From Candidatus Cloacimonadota bacterium (GTDB taxonomy: Bacteria; Cloacimonadota; Cloacimonadia; G963667145), in NCBI GenBank assembly GCA_963676615.1, contig OY781092.1, positions 896,001-960,000 of the forward strand: DNA of 64,000 nucleotides. Reading direction: 5' to 3'. A program made the translations under genes and the position numbers. Position 1 is the first letter of the stretch. Each line of letters starts with the position of its first letter. A model generated the notes under the pieces. It was given only the letters and a program-made list of their open reading frames with translations. It made no database searches and was not told where the DNA came from. Below are positions 42,214-52,723 of this stretch, in pieces.

Positions 42214-43137
42214 GATTCCGAACCAAACTCGGAATGACGGCGGTTCTTGGGGTCAGGTAGCGGCTGGTCTTTTAACTATTCTCTAAATAACTGATAACTG
42301 TCTAACAGTATTCTCAAAAATGGGCTAGGTGACGCGCAAAACATCGTTGCAGAGTCTTTGTCTTACTCTCTTATCAGACGGGCTCTAGCACTTATTTAGT
42401 TTAAGAAAATTAAAAGAGTCTTCATAATCTAACAAGACTAAATAAGTGCTAGACAGAAAAGGACGCCCGCTTCAAATCTGACACCAAAATAGGGGTTTAT
42501 CATTTGCTGCTTTTATTTTGGTGTCAGAGCCCGATGAAGCGGGATGCCACCCCGCTCCCCTGCTCGCTTAAACTGGCGATAGGGCGGAAACCTCCGCTTC
42601 AGAAAAGACTAAAGACACGAACTGTTGCCTTTCAGCCTGCAAAACTAACCAAAGAAAACCAAAATCTTGCGAAAAATACACGGGAACGACCACACTTTAC
42701 TCTTTCTGGTGACTCGGGGCGTCTTTTGGCATTGAAGCGGAGCGGTTTTCTTTTCTCTCCAGCACCTATTTTATCCAAAAAAATTAAAGTATTTTTACAA
42801 TCTGAAAGGACAAAAAAGGTGCTGGTTCACGCTGAAAGCGTCGCGCTTCTCGTCCGTGCAAAGCAAGGAGTGCCTGGATTCCTGCCTGCGCAGGAATGAG
42901 GTGGCTTGAGCGTTGTGGTTTTTCCAAGACGCCAAGGCGTGCTTTAGGCTTCCTGACTTTCTTCCCTCATTCCATCGAAAGAGGGAATCCATCTCTAACA
43001 CCATTCTGAGAAGAGGGCTGGCGATACGCAAAACATCGTCACAGAGTTTTGTCTTGTCAGAGAAGCTCTACCACTTATTTAGTTTAAAAAAATTAAAAGA
43101 GTTTTTATAATCTAACAAGCTAAACAAGTGCTAGACA
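42214..43137. repeat. Intergenic mosaic of palindromic modules, locus 2
   Basis: Diverged direct repeat 42301-42455 / 42994-43137, three related hairpins, two CCGCTTCA...TGAAGCGG cassettes, three REP-like units. Confidence 0.85.
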
Positions 43138-43163
43138 AAAAAAGCCGCCATTACAGGCGGCTC
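43137..43163 (-). terminator. Terminator after rpoD
   Basis: AGCCGCC-TGTAAT-GGCGGCT followed by a U-run on the minus strand. Confidence 0.8.
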
Positions 43164-43176
43164 TTGTAAAAAAAAA

Positions 43177-44919
43177 TCACTTAATATTATAATTATCGAT
43201 AAACTTCTGCAAAAAATGAATCCGTGTCGGGTGCCGCAGCTTAATCAGCGCCTTATTCTCAATCTGCCGAATGCGCTCTCTGGTCACATTAAAAATACTG
43301 CCAACCTCCTCCAAAGTCCGATGATAGCCATCGTCGATGCCAAACCGAAGCCGCAAAATCTTCTCTTCTCGGGGAGTCAGCGTCCGCAAAACCTCGTCAA
43401 TCTGCTTCTTGAGCAAAGTCCGCTCAGCCACTCTCTCGGGCGCTATCGTCGTCGAATCTTCGATAAAATCGCTCAAAATCGTATCTTCGCTAGAATCGTT
43501 CCCCACAGGCTTATCCAGCGAAACCGTCTCGGGTGTAAACGACATAATCGTCTTAACCTTCTCTGGCGGCAACTCCAGCTCTGCGGCAACCTCTTTAATA
43601 TAAGGTTTGCGCCCCAACTTCTGCTCCAAACGACGCTGCGTCCGATTCAGCTTATTTATCAGCTCGATCATATGCACAGGAATCCTGATGGTCTTCGCCT
43701 GATCGGCAATCGCACGGCTGATAGACTGCCGAATCCACCAAGTGGCGTAAGTCGAAAATTTATACCCTTTGCGATAATCGTATTTTTCCACCGCGTTCAT
43801 CAAACCGTGATTTCCTTCCTGAATCAAATCCAAAAAGTCCAAACCCTTGTTGTTATAACGCTTTGCGATGCTAATCACCAGCTTCACATTCGCCTCGATC
43901 ATCTTATTTTTGGAAATCTCCTTAATCCGCTCACCCTTGCTGATTTTCTCCAGAATATCCAGCATCTCGCCCGAACGCAACTTCGTCTCCAGCTCCACTC
44001 GCCGCATCTTCCGCCGCGCATTCTTAATCTTCCGCAGCACCTCGATAAACACCTCAGCGTCAACGCCCGTGCTCTTTTCAACCGCCTTATACTCCGCATC
44101 CGACTTCTGCGCCTGCCGACCAAACGAGCAAATCTCGTTCACCGTATAAGTCTTAACTTTGGCAATCTCCCGAATCGTCTGTTTACTCTCGACAATCCGC
44201 TCCGCCAAAGAGTTGATCCGATAAATCGCCCGCGAAACCATCTTTTTGTTAAACTTCATCGTCTCGTAAATCTCGACAATCGTCTGGCGAATTTTGATAA
44301 TCTCCTTATCGATTTTCTTCTGCTCTTTCTCGTCCACATTTTTGTATTTATCCAGCATCACGCCGATTTGCTTAAATTTTTTGTCAATTTTCGAAAGCTT
44401 TTTGGAAAAATCGTCAAAAGTCTCCTCAGTCCGCTCCTTATCCATCCAGCTCTCAAAATCCAGCTTCAAAATCTGCTCCAGCTTAATCCTGCCCTCCGTA
44501 TAGCGAACCTTGAAATTCTGAAACTCCTTGAGGGTGCTACCCGACACAAAAATAAACTTATTTATCTTGTTCTGCCCTTCCTCGATTTTCTTCGAGAGCT
44601 CCACTTCGCCCTGTTTATCCAAAAGCGGAATCTTGCCAATCTCCTTCAAATACATCTTCACCGCATCGTCAAACCGCTCAATCCTGCGCTTTTTCTGGCT
44701 CTCCTTGACCTTCACCTGCTCCTTGGCTTCCTTAATCGAAGTCTCGTCAACAGTCTTGATGCCTTTCGCGGCAAGCTCCTCTATAATCTCGTCGATCGAA
44801 TCGATAATCAAAGGGTCGTTCGGCAGAATTTCGTGCAAATCTTTGTAGGTAATATAGTTCTCATTATACCTTTTGCAACGCCGTAGAATACTATTTATGT
44901 ATTTAGAATATATTTTCAT
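43177..44919 (-). CDS. rpoD: Primary RNA polymerase sigma factor
   Basis: [46 protein letters not shown]; start chosen by GAGG RBS. Confidence 0.97.
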   Translation of the reverse strand: MKIYSKYINSILRRCKRYNENYITYKDLHEILPNDPLIIDSIDEIIEELAAKGIKTVDETSIKEAKEQVKVKESQKKRRIERFDDAVKMYLKEIGKIPLLDKQGEVELSKKIEEGQNKINKFIFVSGSTLKEFQNFKVRYTEGRIKLEQILKLDFESWMDKERTEETFDDFSKKLSKIDKKFKQIGVMLDKYKNVDEKEQKKIDKEIIKIRQTIVEIYETMKFNKKMVSRAIYRINSLAERIVESKQTIREIAKVKTYTVNEICSFGRQAQKSDAEYKAVEKSTGVDAEVFIEVLRKIKNARRKMRRVELETKLRSGEMLDILEKISKGERIKEISKNKMIEANVKLVISIAKRYNNKGLDFLDLIQEGNHGLMNAVEKYDYRKGYKFSTYATWWIRQSISRAIADQAKTIRIPVHMIELINKLNRTQRRLEQKLGRKPYIKEVAAELELPPEKVKTIMSFTPETVSLDKPVGNDSSEDTILSDFIEDSTTIAPERVAERTLLKKQIDEVLRTLTPREEKILRLRFGIDDGYHRTLEEVGSIFNVTRERIRQIENKALIKLRHPTRIHFLQKFIDNYNIK

Positions 44920-45017
44920 CACACCTCTTTTTAGCGGATACAACACTCATTTTCTTCAAGTGTCAATATTTAAAACGAAGGATTTTTTGTAAAGATTTTT
45001 TAGAGGAAAAGAAAAAG

Positions 45018-46229
45018 CTACACCGCAATCAAACGATTTTCGCCATTTGATGCAAGCTTCTCAAAAAGCAACTTATTGGTCAGCTTTTCGCGCGGCATCG
45101 CCAAAGTATAGAAACTCTCGTCCCGCTTGTCTGTCTCCAGCTCCACCAAAATGCCAAGCTGCACCAACTGCTCCACAATCCGCATCACCAAAACTTTTTG
45201 CATCCGCAACTTTTTCGACAAAAATTCCAAGCTGGTCTCGCCCTTCAGTTCCTCAAAATTTTTGGTAATCAAGATGATGATTTTGCGTGCCAGCACAAAA
45301 GTTTGCCGAAAACTTATCGCCCGATGCACGCTGCCGCCATAGTAGATATTATAATTTTCCAAAACGAAAAAAAACTCCGCTCCATAAAGAATAATCATCC
45401 AGCTGGTGCGTATCCAAATCAAAAAAAGCGGAATCGCGGCAAAACTACCGTAGATGGCGTTGTAGGACGAAAGCCCAATCTGAAGCCAAAGGTAGAAAAA
45501 TTGCGTGAGCTGATAAAGCGAGCCGGCGATCACACCAGCCACTATCGCGTAACGGATTTTGACCTTTTTGTTGGGCATATACACATACAGAAACGAAAAT
45601 AAAAGCCAGATAATCAGATACGGCGCGATTTTCACTGGGATGCTCAAGGCGGAGTCAAAAATTTTACCGACATAGCTGTGGGCGCTTAGTTTGGTTATCT
45701 GGGCGCTCAAAAAAATGTTCACACCGCTAGAGGCGACAAACAAAACTGGCAAAATCACCATCGCCGAGAGATAATCAGTGAGCATTTTGGTGAAATTTCG
45801 GTTCTTTTTGAGCTGCCAAATATGATTAAACACACTCTCTATCTGCCATAAAATCGAAATCAAACTCCACAAAAGCAGCCCAAGACCGATGCTAATCATC
45901 ACGCCGCTTCTAGTGCGCTCCAACAGATTTTGGGCAAAACTGAAAATTTTTTGCAAGATAACTTCCTGCTGCGGCACTTGGGCGATTATCTGCTTCTGCA
46001 AAATGTCTTTCACGCCGAAACCTTGTGCCACTCCAAAAATGAGCGCCAAAATCGGCACAAAACCCAGCAAAGTGTAGAGCGTGAGCGCCGAGGAATGAGA
46101 CTGGCACCTGTCAAAAACATAGTTGCGCAGCGCCAGCGGAAAAATATTGAGATACCGCCACAGCGGATGCAAGGTGAAATACTGCCTGATTTTCGTCATT
46201 TTTTTTGTAAAAAAGTTGCTACTCTGCAT
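45018..46229 (-). CDS. YihY/BrkB family membrane protein with C-terminal wHTH-like extension (start uncertain)
   Basis: SALTLYTLL, IESVFNHIW, YNAIYGSFAAIPLFLIW, GAE. Confidence 0.88.
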   Translation of the reverse strand: MQSSNFFTKKMTKIRQYFTLHPLWRYLNIFPLALRNYVFDRCQSHSSALTLYTLLGFVPILALIFGVAQGFGVKDILQKQIIAQVPQQEVILQKIFSFAQNLLERTRSGVMISIGLGLLLWSLISILWQIESVFNHIWQLKKNRNFTKMLTDYLSAMVILPVLFVASSGVNIFLSAQITKLSAHSYVGKIFDSALSIPVKIAPYLIIWLLFSFLYVYMPNKKVKIRYAIVAGVIAGSLYQLTQFFYLWLQIGLSSYNAIYGSFAAIPLFLIWIRTSWMIILYGAEFFFVLENYNIYYGGSVHRAISFRQTFVLARKIIILITKNFEELKGETSLEFLSKKLRMQKVLVMRIVEQLVQLGILVELETDKRDESFYTLAMPREKLTNKLLFEKLASNGENRLIAV

Positions 46230-47844
46230 ACAAATCGACAAACTGGAAGTTTACTCCGTCAAAAAGTCCTCTGTCGCTCATCTTTAGAGCGGGAATCACC
46301 AAAAGCGTGAGAAAAGACAGGCTCATATACGGCGAAAAAAGCTTGCTGCCTGCGTCTGCGCCCAAATTTTCCAGCTTTGCATACGCCGCACTCACCTGCT
46401 CATAAGGCTGATCGCTCATTATTCCGCCAACTGGCAGCGGCAAAACAAACTGGTTTTCGCCATCCACAAAAGCCACACCGCCCTTGTGCTCGACCAAAAG
46501 TTCCAGCGCTCGCAAAATATCGCCATCGTTCGTGCCCACAGCAAGAAGATTGTGGCTATCGTGCGCCACACTGCTGGCAATCGCTCCTTTTTTCAAATTA
46601 AAACCTCTGACAAAACAAAAAGCTGGCTGAGCATCTTTTTTGTAACGATTGAGGCTCACCATCTTCAGCAAATCGCGCTCGACATCGGACACCAGCTTGC
46701 CATCTTCAACCTTCGGCGTCTCCTTTGTCCACTTGGTCAGCACCTGATCTTTGACCATCTCGATCACATTTATCTGTCCATCTTTTGCGGGAATAGCCAA
46801 ATTCGCTGGCGACTGTGCCACAAAATTGTTGATAATCGCAGGGGGCTGATACCGCAAAATCTCCTTGCCTTGCTCATAAACCACCTTGCCGTTTATCACC
46901 GTCCGCAGCGTCTGAAAATATTGCAAATCTTCCATCTCGATGAAGTCGGCAGAATCGCCAACCTGCAGCAGTCCAACCTCCAGACCATAATGCTTTACGG
47001 GATTTACGCACGCCATTTGCAGCACCTTAAAAAGGTCAATCCCGCGCATTATCGCCTTTTGCACCAACAAGTTGATATGCCCTCGCACCAAAATATTCGG
47101 ATGCAAATCGTCGGAGCAAAACATACAATCTTCGTAATATTCGTGAGCAATCGAAATCAAATCGTCAAAATTTTTGACCGCCGCACCTTGACGAATTTGC
47201 ACCTTTATCCCGTAGCCGATTTTTTCGATAGCCTCCTGCGGCGTCACACACTCGTGATCGGTGGTTATTCCCGCTTCGGCATACTTTCTCGCCATCTGCC
47301 CGCGAGCCTCCGGTGCGTGCCCATCGATGAGCTTGCCATACTTTTTCGCCATATCCAGCTTCGCCTGCACCAGCGGCGTCTTGTTCACCACTCCCGGAAA
47401 ATCCATAAACTCGCCCAAATATTTCAGCTCTTTCATCTTCATCAGCTCTTCCAGCGCAGGAGCGTCCAAAATCGCCCCCGAAGAGTCGAACTCGGTGGCT
47501 GGCACGCAAGACGGAATGCTAAAATAAATTTTCAGCGGCGTTTTTTTGCCTTCGCTCATCATATATTTGACAGCCTCAACGCCCTTGACATTGGCAATTT
47601 CGTGACAATCGGAGACAGTGGCGACTGTGCCAAAACGCACCAAAACCCTGCCAAACTCAGCTGGCGTAAGCATCGACGACTCCACATGGATGTGAGAATC
47701 CACAAATCCCGGCAGCAAAAAATTTTCGTAATCTTTGCCTTTTTCCTCTGTAATCGCCACAATTTTGCCGTCTTCCACCTCAATTCTGCCAGGGAAAATC
47801 CGCTTTTTGATAGGATCAACAATGTTTCCGCAAAAAAAATCCAT
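46219..47844 (-). CDS. ade: Adenine deaminase
   Basis: DSHIHVESSM, HEIANV, PSCVPAT, DGHAP, DHE, SDD, SVAHDSHN. Confidence 0.95.
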   Translation of the reverse strand: MDFFCGNIVDPIKKRIFPGRIEVEDGKIVAITEEKGKDYENFLLPGFVDSHIHVESSMLTPAEFGRVLVRFGTVATVSDCHEIANVKGVEAVKYMMSEGKKTPLKIYFSIPSCVPATEFDSSGAILDAPALEELMKMKELKYLGEFMDFPGVVNKTPLVQAKLDMAKKYGKLIDGHAPEARGQMARKYAEAGITTDHECVTPQEAIEKIGYGIKVQIRQGAAVKNFDDLISIAHEYYEDCMFCSDDLHPNILVRGHINLLVQKAIMRGIDLFKVLQMACVNPVKHYGLEVGLLQVGDSADFIEMEDLQYFQTLRTVINGKVVYEQGKEILRYQPPAIINNFVAQSPANLAIPAKDGQINVIEMVKDQVLTKWTKETPKVEDGKLVSDVERDLLKMVSLNRYKKDAQPAFCFVRGFNLKKGAIASSVAHDSHNLLAVGTNDGDILRALELLVEHKGGVAFVDGENQFVLPLPVGGIMSDQPYEQVSAAYAKLENLGADAGSKLFSPYMSLSFLTLLVIPALKMSDRGLFDGVNFQFVDLYAE

Positions 47845-48083
47845 ATAGCCTCCTTTATTCTCCTAAAAAAAAAATCGCTACGCCACCAAAATCCAGCCAC
47901 AAACCCTTGCAAAACGCAACTACACACAATATTTTTTCTGACTCAAAACTTGTCAAACTTCTTTTTTTTCAGCCACCTGCGCCTTTGGAATTTTCAAAAA
48001 AAACAAAAAAAATTGCGGGCATTTTAAAATACTTGACTCTATCAAGATTGAAGCAAAATTAACGAAAAACAAGGAGATTTTTT

Positions 48084-48641
48084 TTGAACGCACAAGAGAC
48101 GAAAAAGCAAAAAAAGTTTGAAGATTTTTACAATCAAACTTCCAATCTCCTCTACAACTACATCCTCAAGCGAGTCCGCAACACCGAGAAGAGCCTTGAC
48201 ATTTTGCAAAATTCCTACCTGAAGATTTTTCCAGAGTTTGAAAAAATTCAATATCCAAAAAGCTATCTCTATAAAACCGCTTATCACCTTATCATCGACA
48301 ACACGCAAAAGCAAAAAAAGGAGCAGGCGCTGAAGGAAAATCTGCAATTCGACGGGCAGCACCAAGACCGCAACCTCTATCTCCAGCTGCAAATAGAAAA
48401 AGCTCTCTCGCAATTAAAAGAGAAAGACAGGAATATTTTTGAGCTGAAAACTTATCAGGGTTTTTCTTACAAAGAGATTGCAGACCTCAGCGGATTGAGC
48501 GAAAAAGCCGTCGAGAGCGTGCTGACCAGGACTCGCAATTTTTTGCGCAAAGAGCTAAAAAATTTGCGGGAATTTGGCTACCTAAACTCTCTTAGTGATT
48601 ACAGCGAGGCTGAAATTGACAAAGGAGGTCAAGAATTATGA
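48084..48641 (+). CDS. ECF RNA polymerase sigma factor
   Basis: Regions 2 and 4 (DILQ...SYLYKTA; GFSYKEIA...VESVLTR); GGAG RBS and TTG start. Confidence 0.88.
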   Translation: MNAQETKKQKKFEDFYNQTSNLLYNYILKRVRNTEKSLDILQNSYLKIFPEFEKIQYPKSYLYKTAYHLIIDNTQKQKKEQALKENLQFDGQHQDRNLYLQLQIEKALSQLKEKDRNIFELKTYQGFSYKEIADLSGLSEKAVESVLTRTRNFLRKELKNLREFGYLNSLSDYSEAEIDKGGQEL

Positions 48642-49009
48642 AAAAAGTTTGCCAAAATCTGAACAGATTTTTTGATCAAGAGCTAAAATTAAAAGAGCGG
48701 CGAGAGTTTTTGGATCATTTGCAAAGTTGCCCAGATTGCCAAAAAAAGCTGAAATTTTTGCAAGATTTGGCAAAAATCGGCACAGCAAATCAGGCTCCAA
48801 AGCCTGCTGATGGTTGGCAGTTTGTAGCGAAAAACCTAAATAGTTCTTACGAGTTTGGTCATTTTTGGTGGCAAAAGCTCGCCATCGCCGCGTGCTTTAC
48901 GGTTTTTAGCGTCGTCGGCAGTTTCGGCGGCAACTACTTTTTCGAGGATTACACATCGCCCAACTTAAACAACAATTCTGTCTATTCATATTTGGAGGAA
49001 AATTTATGA
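48638..49009 (+). CDS. Zinc-binding (ZAS) anti-sigma factor, single TM
   Basis: HLQSCPDC (HxxxCxxC); ATGA overlap with the sigma gene. Confidence 0.82.
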   Translation: MKKVCQNLNRFFDQELKLKERREFLDHLQSCPDCQKKLKFLQDLAKIGTANQAPKPADGWQFVAKNLNSSYEFGHFWWQKLAIAACFTVFSVVGSFGGNYFFEDYTSPNLNNNSVYSYLEENL

Positions 49010-49377
49010 AAAAATGGATAATTTACGGCGTTTTGCTCTGCTCGGTTGCATTCAATGTGATTTTCATCACCAAAGCCTGCCAATATCGACGAAATTTCCC
49101 GCAGGCAAGACCGCCCAAAATTGAGCCGCAAAAGTGGGACTCTTTTCGAAAGTTTATGGATTGCAAACGAGAGGATATGAGACATTCTTGGCGAAAGTCT
49201 AACAATTCCAAAGACAAAATAATCAACAAAATTTTGGAAGGCAACCTCAGCAGTGCGGAGCTAAAGGTGCTGGAGGATTCTCTGATCAAAATCACAGTCG
49301 ATCGAGAGCGAAAATTTATCGGATATTTAATCGAATATAAAACCCAAGGAAAAGGAAAAAAAAGGAGTAAAAAATGA
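49006..49377 (+). CDS. Small exported helical protein (possibly Spy/periplasmic metal-sensor-like)
   Basis: N-terminal TM with SVAFN, helical basic remainder; translationally coupled. Confidence 0.55.
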   Translation: MKKWIIYGVLLCSVAFNVIFITKACQYRRNFPQARPPKIEPQKWDSFRKFMDCKREDMRHSWRKSNNSKDKIINKILEGNLSSAELKVLEDSLIKITVDRERKFIGYLIEYKTQGKGKKRSKK

Positions 49378-49820
49378 AAAAGATGACTTTATTTTTAGTG
49401 ATGGCGAGTCTGAGCGTGGCGTGTTTTGCTTTTGGAGCAAAGGGGCACAAAAAGGGCGGCGACGGCTCTTATGGCAGACAAAATTGTGCACCAGGGCAAA
49501 TGTGCGAGCAACGATTTGGCAAAGGACAAAGATTTGACGGCAATTTCAGAATGTTCCAAAATCTGGATCTTACCGACGCCCAAAAAGAGAAAATCCAAGC
49601 TATTCACAAAAAAAATCGCGACCAAATTTTTGAGCTTCGCACCGAAATTCAAAAGGCGAAAATCGACCAAAGAGTTTGCCTGAAAGACAACGATTTTAGC
49701 AAAGCGAAAAAATACGCCAGCGACATTAGCAAAGCCGAGAGCAAAATAGAGCAAAAGCGAATCGATATGATGGAAGACTGCTACAATGTGCTGACCAAAG
49801 AGCAAAAATCGAAACTGTAA
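49374..49820 (+). CDS. Spy/CpxP-family periplasmic chaperone
   Basis: Signal peptide; LTDAQ and LTKEQ (LTxxQ) motifs. Confidence 0.88.
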   Translation: MKKMTLFLVMASLSVACFAFGAKGHKKGGDGSYGRQNCAPGQMCEQRFGKGQRFDGNFRMFQNLDLTDAQKEKIQAIHKKNRDQIFELRTEIQKAKIDQRVCLKDNDFSKAKKYASDISKAESKIEQKRIDMMEDCYNVLTKEQKSKL

Positions 49821-49838
49821 TTTTTTTTACAATAACGC

Positions 49839-49879
49839 AAAAAGAGCCACTCTCAACTAAAGAAAGTGGCTCTTTTTTT
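49839..49879. terminator. Bidirectional terminator
   Basis: AAAAAGAGCCACT...AGTGGCTCTTTTTTT between convergent genes. Confidence 0.85.
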
Positions 49880-49887
49880 GACTTAAT

Positions 49888-50553
49888 TCAAATTACGAAA
49901 CTAACAAAACGATGATTTTTCATATCAAACTGCAAAATTTTGCCTAAAAGTTTTGGCTTCCCTTGCAAAACGCAAATCACCTCATCGCCAGCAAGCGCGC
50001 CAGCCAGCATCACCGTCTGCGGAGCAATCGCAATTTTTTGAACGCTATTTTCTCCTGTAGCCAACAAACTCGTCAACTCAACCGTGCGACCTTTTTGCAA
50101 AGTAATCAGCTGCCCTTGGTAGCCCTGCACACCGCAATGAAGCAAATATTTTTGCTCTGGCAACTTCGCCCAAAGATTTCGCCTTGTGGCAAAATTGTCC
50201 AAACAATCCACGAACAAATCAGCGCTCGGCAGTTTTTTCATAAGGTTGATGTTTTGGCAAAAAGTCTGCACCTGACAGTTCGGATTTATCTTCAAAATTT
50301 TTTCTTTCGCCGCCTGCACCTTCGTTTTACCCAAATCCTCTTGCGTATAAAGCAGCTGTCTGCCCAAATCTGGCAAATCCAGCCTCTTTTGGTCAACAAG
50401 CGCTATTTTGCCAACTCCCGCTCTCACCAGCACTTGCGCCACTGCCGCTCCAAGACCTCCAACACCCAGTAGCACCACTTTCGCTTGCGCCAGCTTCGCC
50501 TGATTTTCCTCTCCCCAAAGTAGCTGCGAACGGTCAAAAATCGTCTGCGCCAA
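49888..50553 (-). CDS. ThiF/MoeB/HesA-family E1-like adenylyltransferase
   Basis: GVGGLG, DLGRQLLY, DLGKTK, DCLDNF..R; no CxxC pairs. Confidence 0.88.
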   Translation of the reverse strand: MAQTIFDRSQLLWGEENQAKLAQAKVVLLGVGGLGAAVAQVLVRAGVGKIALVDQKRLDLPDLGRQLLYTQEDLGKTKVQAAKEKILKINPNCQVQTFCQNINLMKKLPSADLFVDCLDNFATRRNLWAKLPEQKYLLHCGVQGYQGQLITLQKGRTVELTSLLATGENSVQKIAIAPQTVMLAGALAGDEVICVLQGKPKLLGKILQFDMKNHRFVSFVI

Positions 50554-50556
50554 CGC

Positions 50557-50841
50557 CTAACCTCCGCCGACAATCGTGGTGATTTTCAAAAGAGCGCCAT
50601 CACACAAAACCGTCTGTGGAGTCGCTGGCTTTAGCTCATCATCTTGCCCCACAAAAGCCAACACTCCTGGCTTAAAACCACTTTGCTCTGGCTTCATTAT
50701 CTTCGAAACCACCGCTTTATTTTCCTGCTTCTCCAGCTTCTCAAGCGCTTGCAGCACAGTAAGTTGACCATCTCCGACAATCTCCGCCTTTTGGATACCA
50801 GTGGACGAGGCTATCGTCATCAAAAACTCCACTCTAATCAT
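50557..50841 (-). CDS. MoaD/ThiS ubiquitin-like sulfur carrier
   Basis: 94 aa, beta-grasp-like pattern, C-terminus VGGG; adjacent to ThiF. Confidence 0.8.
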   Translation of the reverse strand: MIRVEFLMTIASSTGIQKAEIVGDGQLTVLQALEKLEKQENKAVVSKIMKPEQSGFKPGVLAFVGQDDELKPATPQTVLCDGALLKITTIVGGG

Positions 50842-50868
50842 TTTTTTCGCTCCCTCTATAAAATATCC

Positions 50869-52650
50869 CTACACCATCTCCAGCATCTGCGAGCTCATCT
50901 TAACGAACTCCTGCAGTTTTTTTGGCGTGAAATTATTTTGCTTAATCAAAGCCAAATCGTTCACATAGCGGCACAAAAGATTGAGCTTTTCTTTATCTTT
51001 TTTGCCGTTCATTTTGCTCATTTTTTGGATCAAACCGTTATTCAAATTCACCACAAGCTCGTAGCCAGTCATCGGCAAGTTGTCGTCATTTTGCCCGATT
51101 GTGGCGTTCATCTCCATAAATCTGCGCATATGCTCATCGAACACAATCATTGCCGGCACATCTTTCATCTTCAGCGCCTGCACCTTCACCTGCACCTTTT
51201 TATCCCCGATTTGCTTTTCAAAAATCTCCTTGATTTTTTCCGACTCGCTCTTGCCCTTTTCGTCCACCTCTTCTGCCCTATCCTTGTCCACCATACTCTC
51301 CGAAATCTGCGCATCCACACGCGTAAAACTCAAGTTGTTATCTGCCATCTCGTATTTTTGAAAAAGATGATTATCCAAAACCTCGTCCGCCAAAACCACT
51401 TTTTTGCCCTCGCTCACTAGCACATCAATATACGGCGAATGCGCGTCAGTCGTGTAATTGACCACCTTTTTCTCATCCGTCTGCTCGGCGATCAGCTCCT
51501 GCAAACTATGCCATTTCTTGTCCGTATCCTGAAAAAGCACAACCTCCTTGCAAGCCTCAAAAAACTTCTCCTGCGTCAACACGCCATACTTCACATATTT
51601 TTGGATGTCTTCCCAGATTTTTTCGTAACCCTTGCGGTCTTTGTTAAACATCCGTTTCAGCTCATCGGCAATTTTTTTCACAATGTAACCCGTAATTTTT
51701 TGCACCTGCTTATCGTGCTGCAAAAAGCTCCGCGACACATTCAGCGGAATATCTGGAATATCGATGCCGCCCTTGAGCAACAGCAAAAACTCTGGCAAAA
51801 GCTCCTTCACATTATCCGCCACAAACACCCGATTGCAAAAAAGCTTCACCATTCCCGTATTGCGCATAGCGTGCTCATCCAACTTCGGAAAATACAAAAT
51901 CCCCTTCAAATTAAACGGATAATCGACATTCAGATGAATCCAAAACAGCGGGTCTTGCCAGTCGCCAAAATACTCCTTGTAAAACTCCTTATACTCTTTG
52001 TCCTTCACATCTTTGGGGTCTTTCTCCCACAACGGCTCTTTTTGGTTAACAACTTTGCCCTCAAACTCGATCGGGAACGGCATAAAAGTGCAATACTTGT
52101 CCAAAATCTCTTTAATTTTATAACTCTCCAGATAATCTTTGCTATCGCTGTTCAAGTGCACAGTGACCGTCGTTCCGACCTCTTTGCGACTGCCCGAACT
52201 CATCTTATACTCCGTCTGACCCTCACACTCCCAAGCCGCAGGCACAGCATCATCCTGATACGAAAGCGAGTCGATGCTCACCTTATCTGCCACCATAAAA
52301 CTCGAATAAAATCCCAAGCCAAAATGCCCGATAATATCCTTGTCCTTATACTTCTCCACAAAATCTTCCGCGCCCGAAAAAGCGATCTGATTGATATACT
52401 TCTTAATTTCCTGCTCGCTCATCCCCACACCGCTGTCAATCACCCGCAGGCACTTGTCCTGCTTATCAATCTCGATCTTCACCCGCAAATCTTTCTTCTT
52501 CGCCTTGGCATCCAAAGTCTCCCTCTTCGACAAAGCGTCTATCGCATTTGCAATCAGCTCCCGCAAAAAAATATCGTGCTCCGAATAGAGCCACTTTTTG
52601 ATAATCGGAAAAATATTTTCCGTATGAATCGACAATTTACCTTTCGCCAT
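50869..52650 (-). CDS. htpG: Molecular chaperone Hsp90
   Basis: LYS..IFLRELIANA.DA, IGHFGLGFYS, IPLNVSR; ATG at 52650 with AGGAG RBS. Confidence 0.96.
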   Translation of the reverse strand: MAKGKLSIHTENIFPIIKKWLYSEHDIFLRELIANAIDALSKRETLDAKAKKKDLRVKIEIDKQDKCLRVIDSGVGMSEQEIKKYINQIAFSGAEDFVEKYKDKDIIGHFGLGFYSSFMVADKVSIDSLSYQDDAVPAAWECEGQTEYKMSSGSRKEVGTTVTVHLNSDSKDYLESYKIKEILDKYCTFMPFPIEFEGKVVNQKEPLWEKDPKDVKDKEYKEFYKEYFGDWQDPLFWIHLNVDYPFNLKGILYFPKLDEHAMRNTGMVKLFCNRVFVADNVKELLPEFLLLLKGGIDIPDIPLNVSRSFLQHDKQVQKITGYIVKKIADELKRMFNKDRKGYEKIWEDIQKYVKYGVLTQEKFFEACKEVVLFQDTDKKWHSLQELIAEQTDEKKVVNYTTDAHSPYIDVLVSEGKKVVLADEVLDNHLFQKYEMADNNLSFTRVDAQISESMVDKDRAEEVDEKGKSESEKIKEIFEKQIGDKKVQVKVQALKMKDVPAMIVFDEHMRRFMEMNATIGQNDDNLPMTGYELVVNLNNGLIQKMSKMNGKKDKEKLNLLCRYVNDLALIKQNNFTPKKLQEFVKMSSQMLEMV

Positions 52651-52723
52651 AAATCTCTCCTTTCTTCGATAAAATAATTTCCAAACCAAAATTTTGCAAA
52701 AGAAACAACTGTCAATAAAATTT

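Noticed and set aside
42504..43110. Short ORFs inside mosaic 2 (also 62936-63203)
   Set aside because: They cross palindromic repeats, lack clear RBS or motifs, and are best explained as chance ORFs.
35700..43140. CRISPR array in the large intergenic regions
   Set aside because: No regularly spaced identical repeats with unique spacers, and no cas genes.
47850..48000. Purine riboswitch upstream of ade (or of the BMP gene)
   Set aside because: No purine-riboswitch core or expression platform is recognisable.
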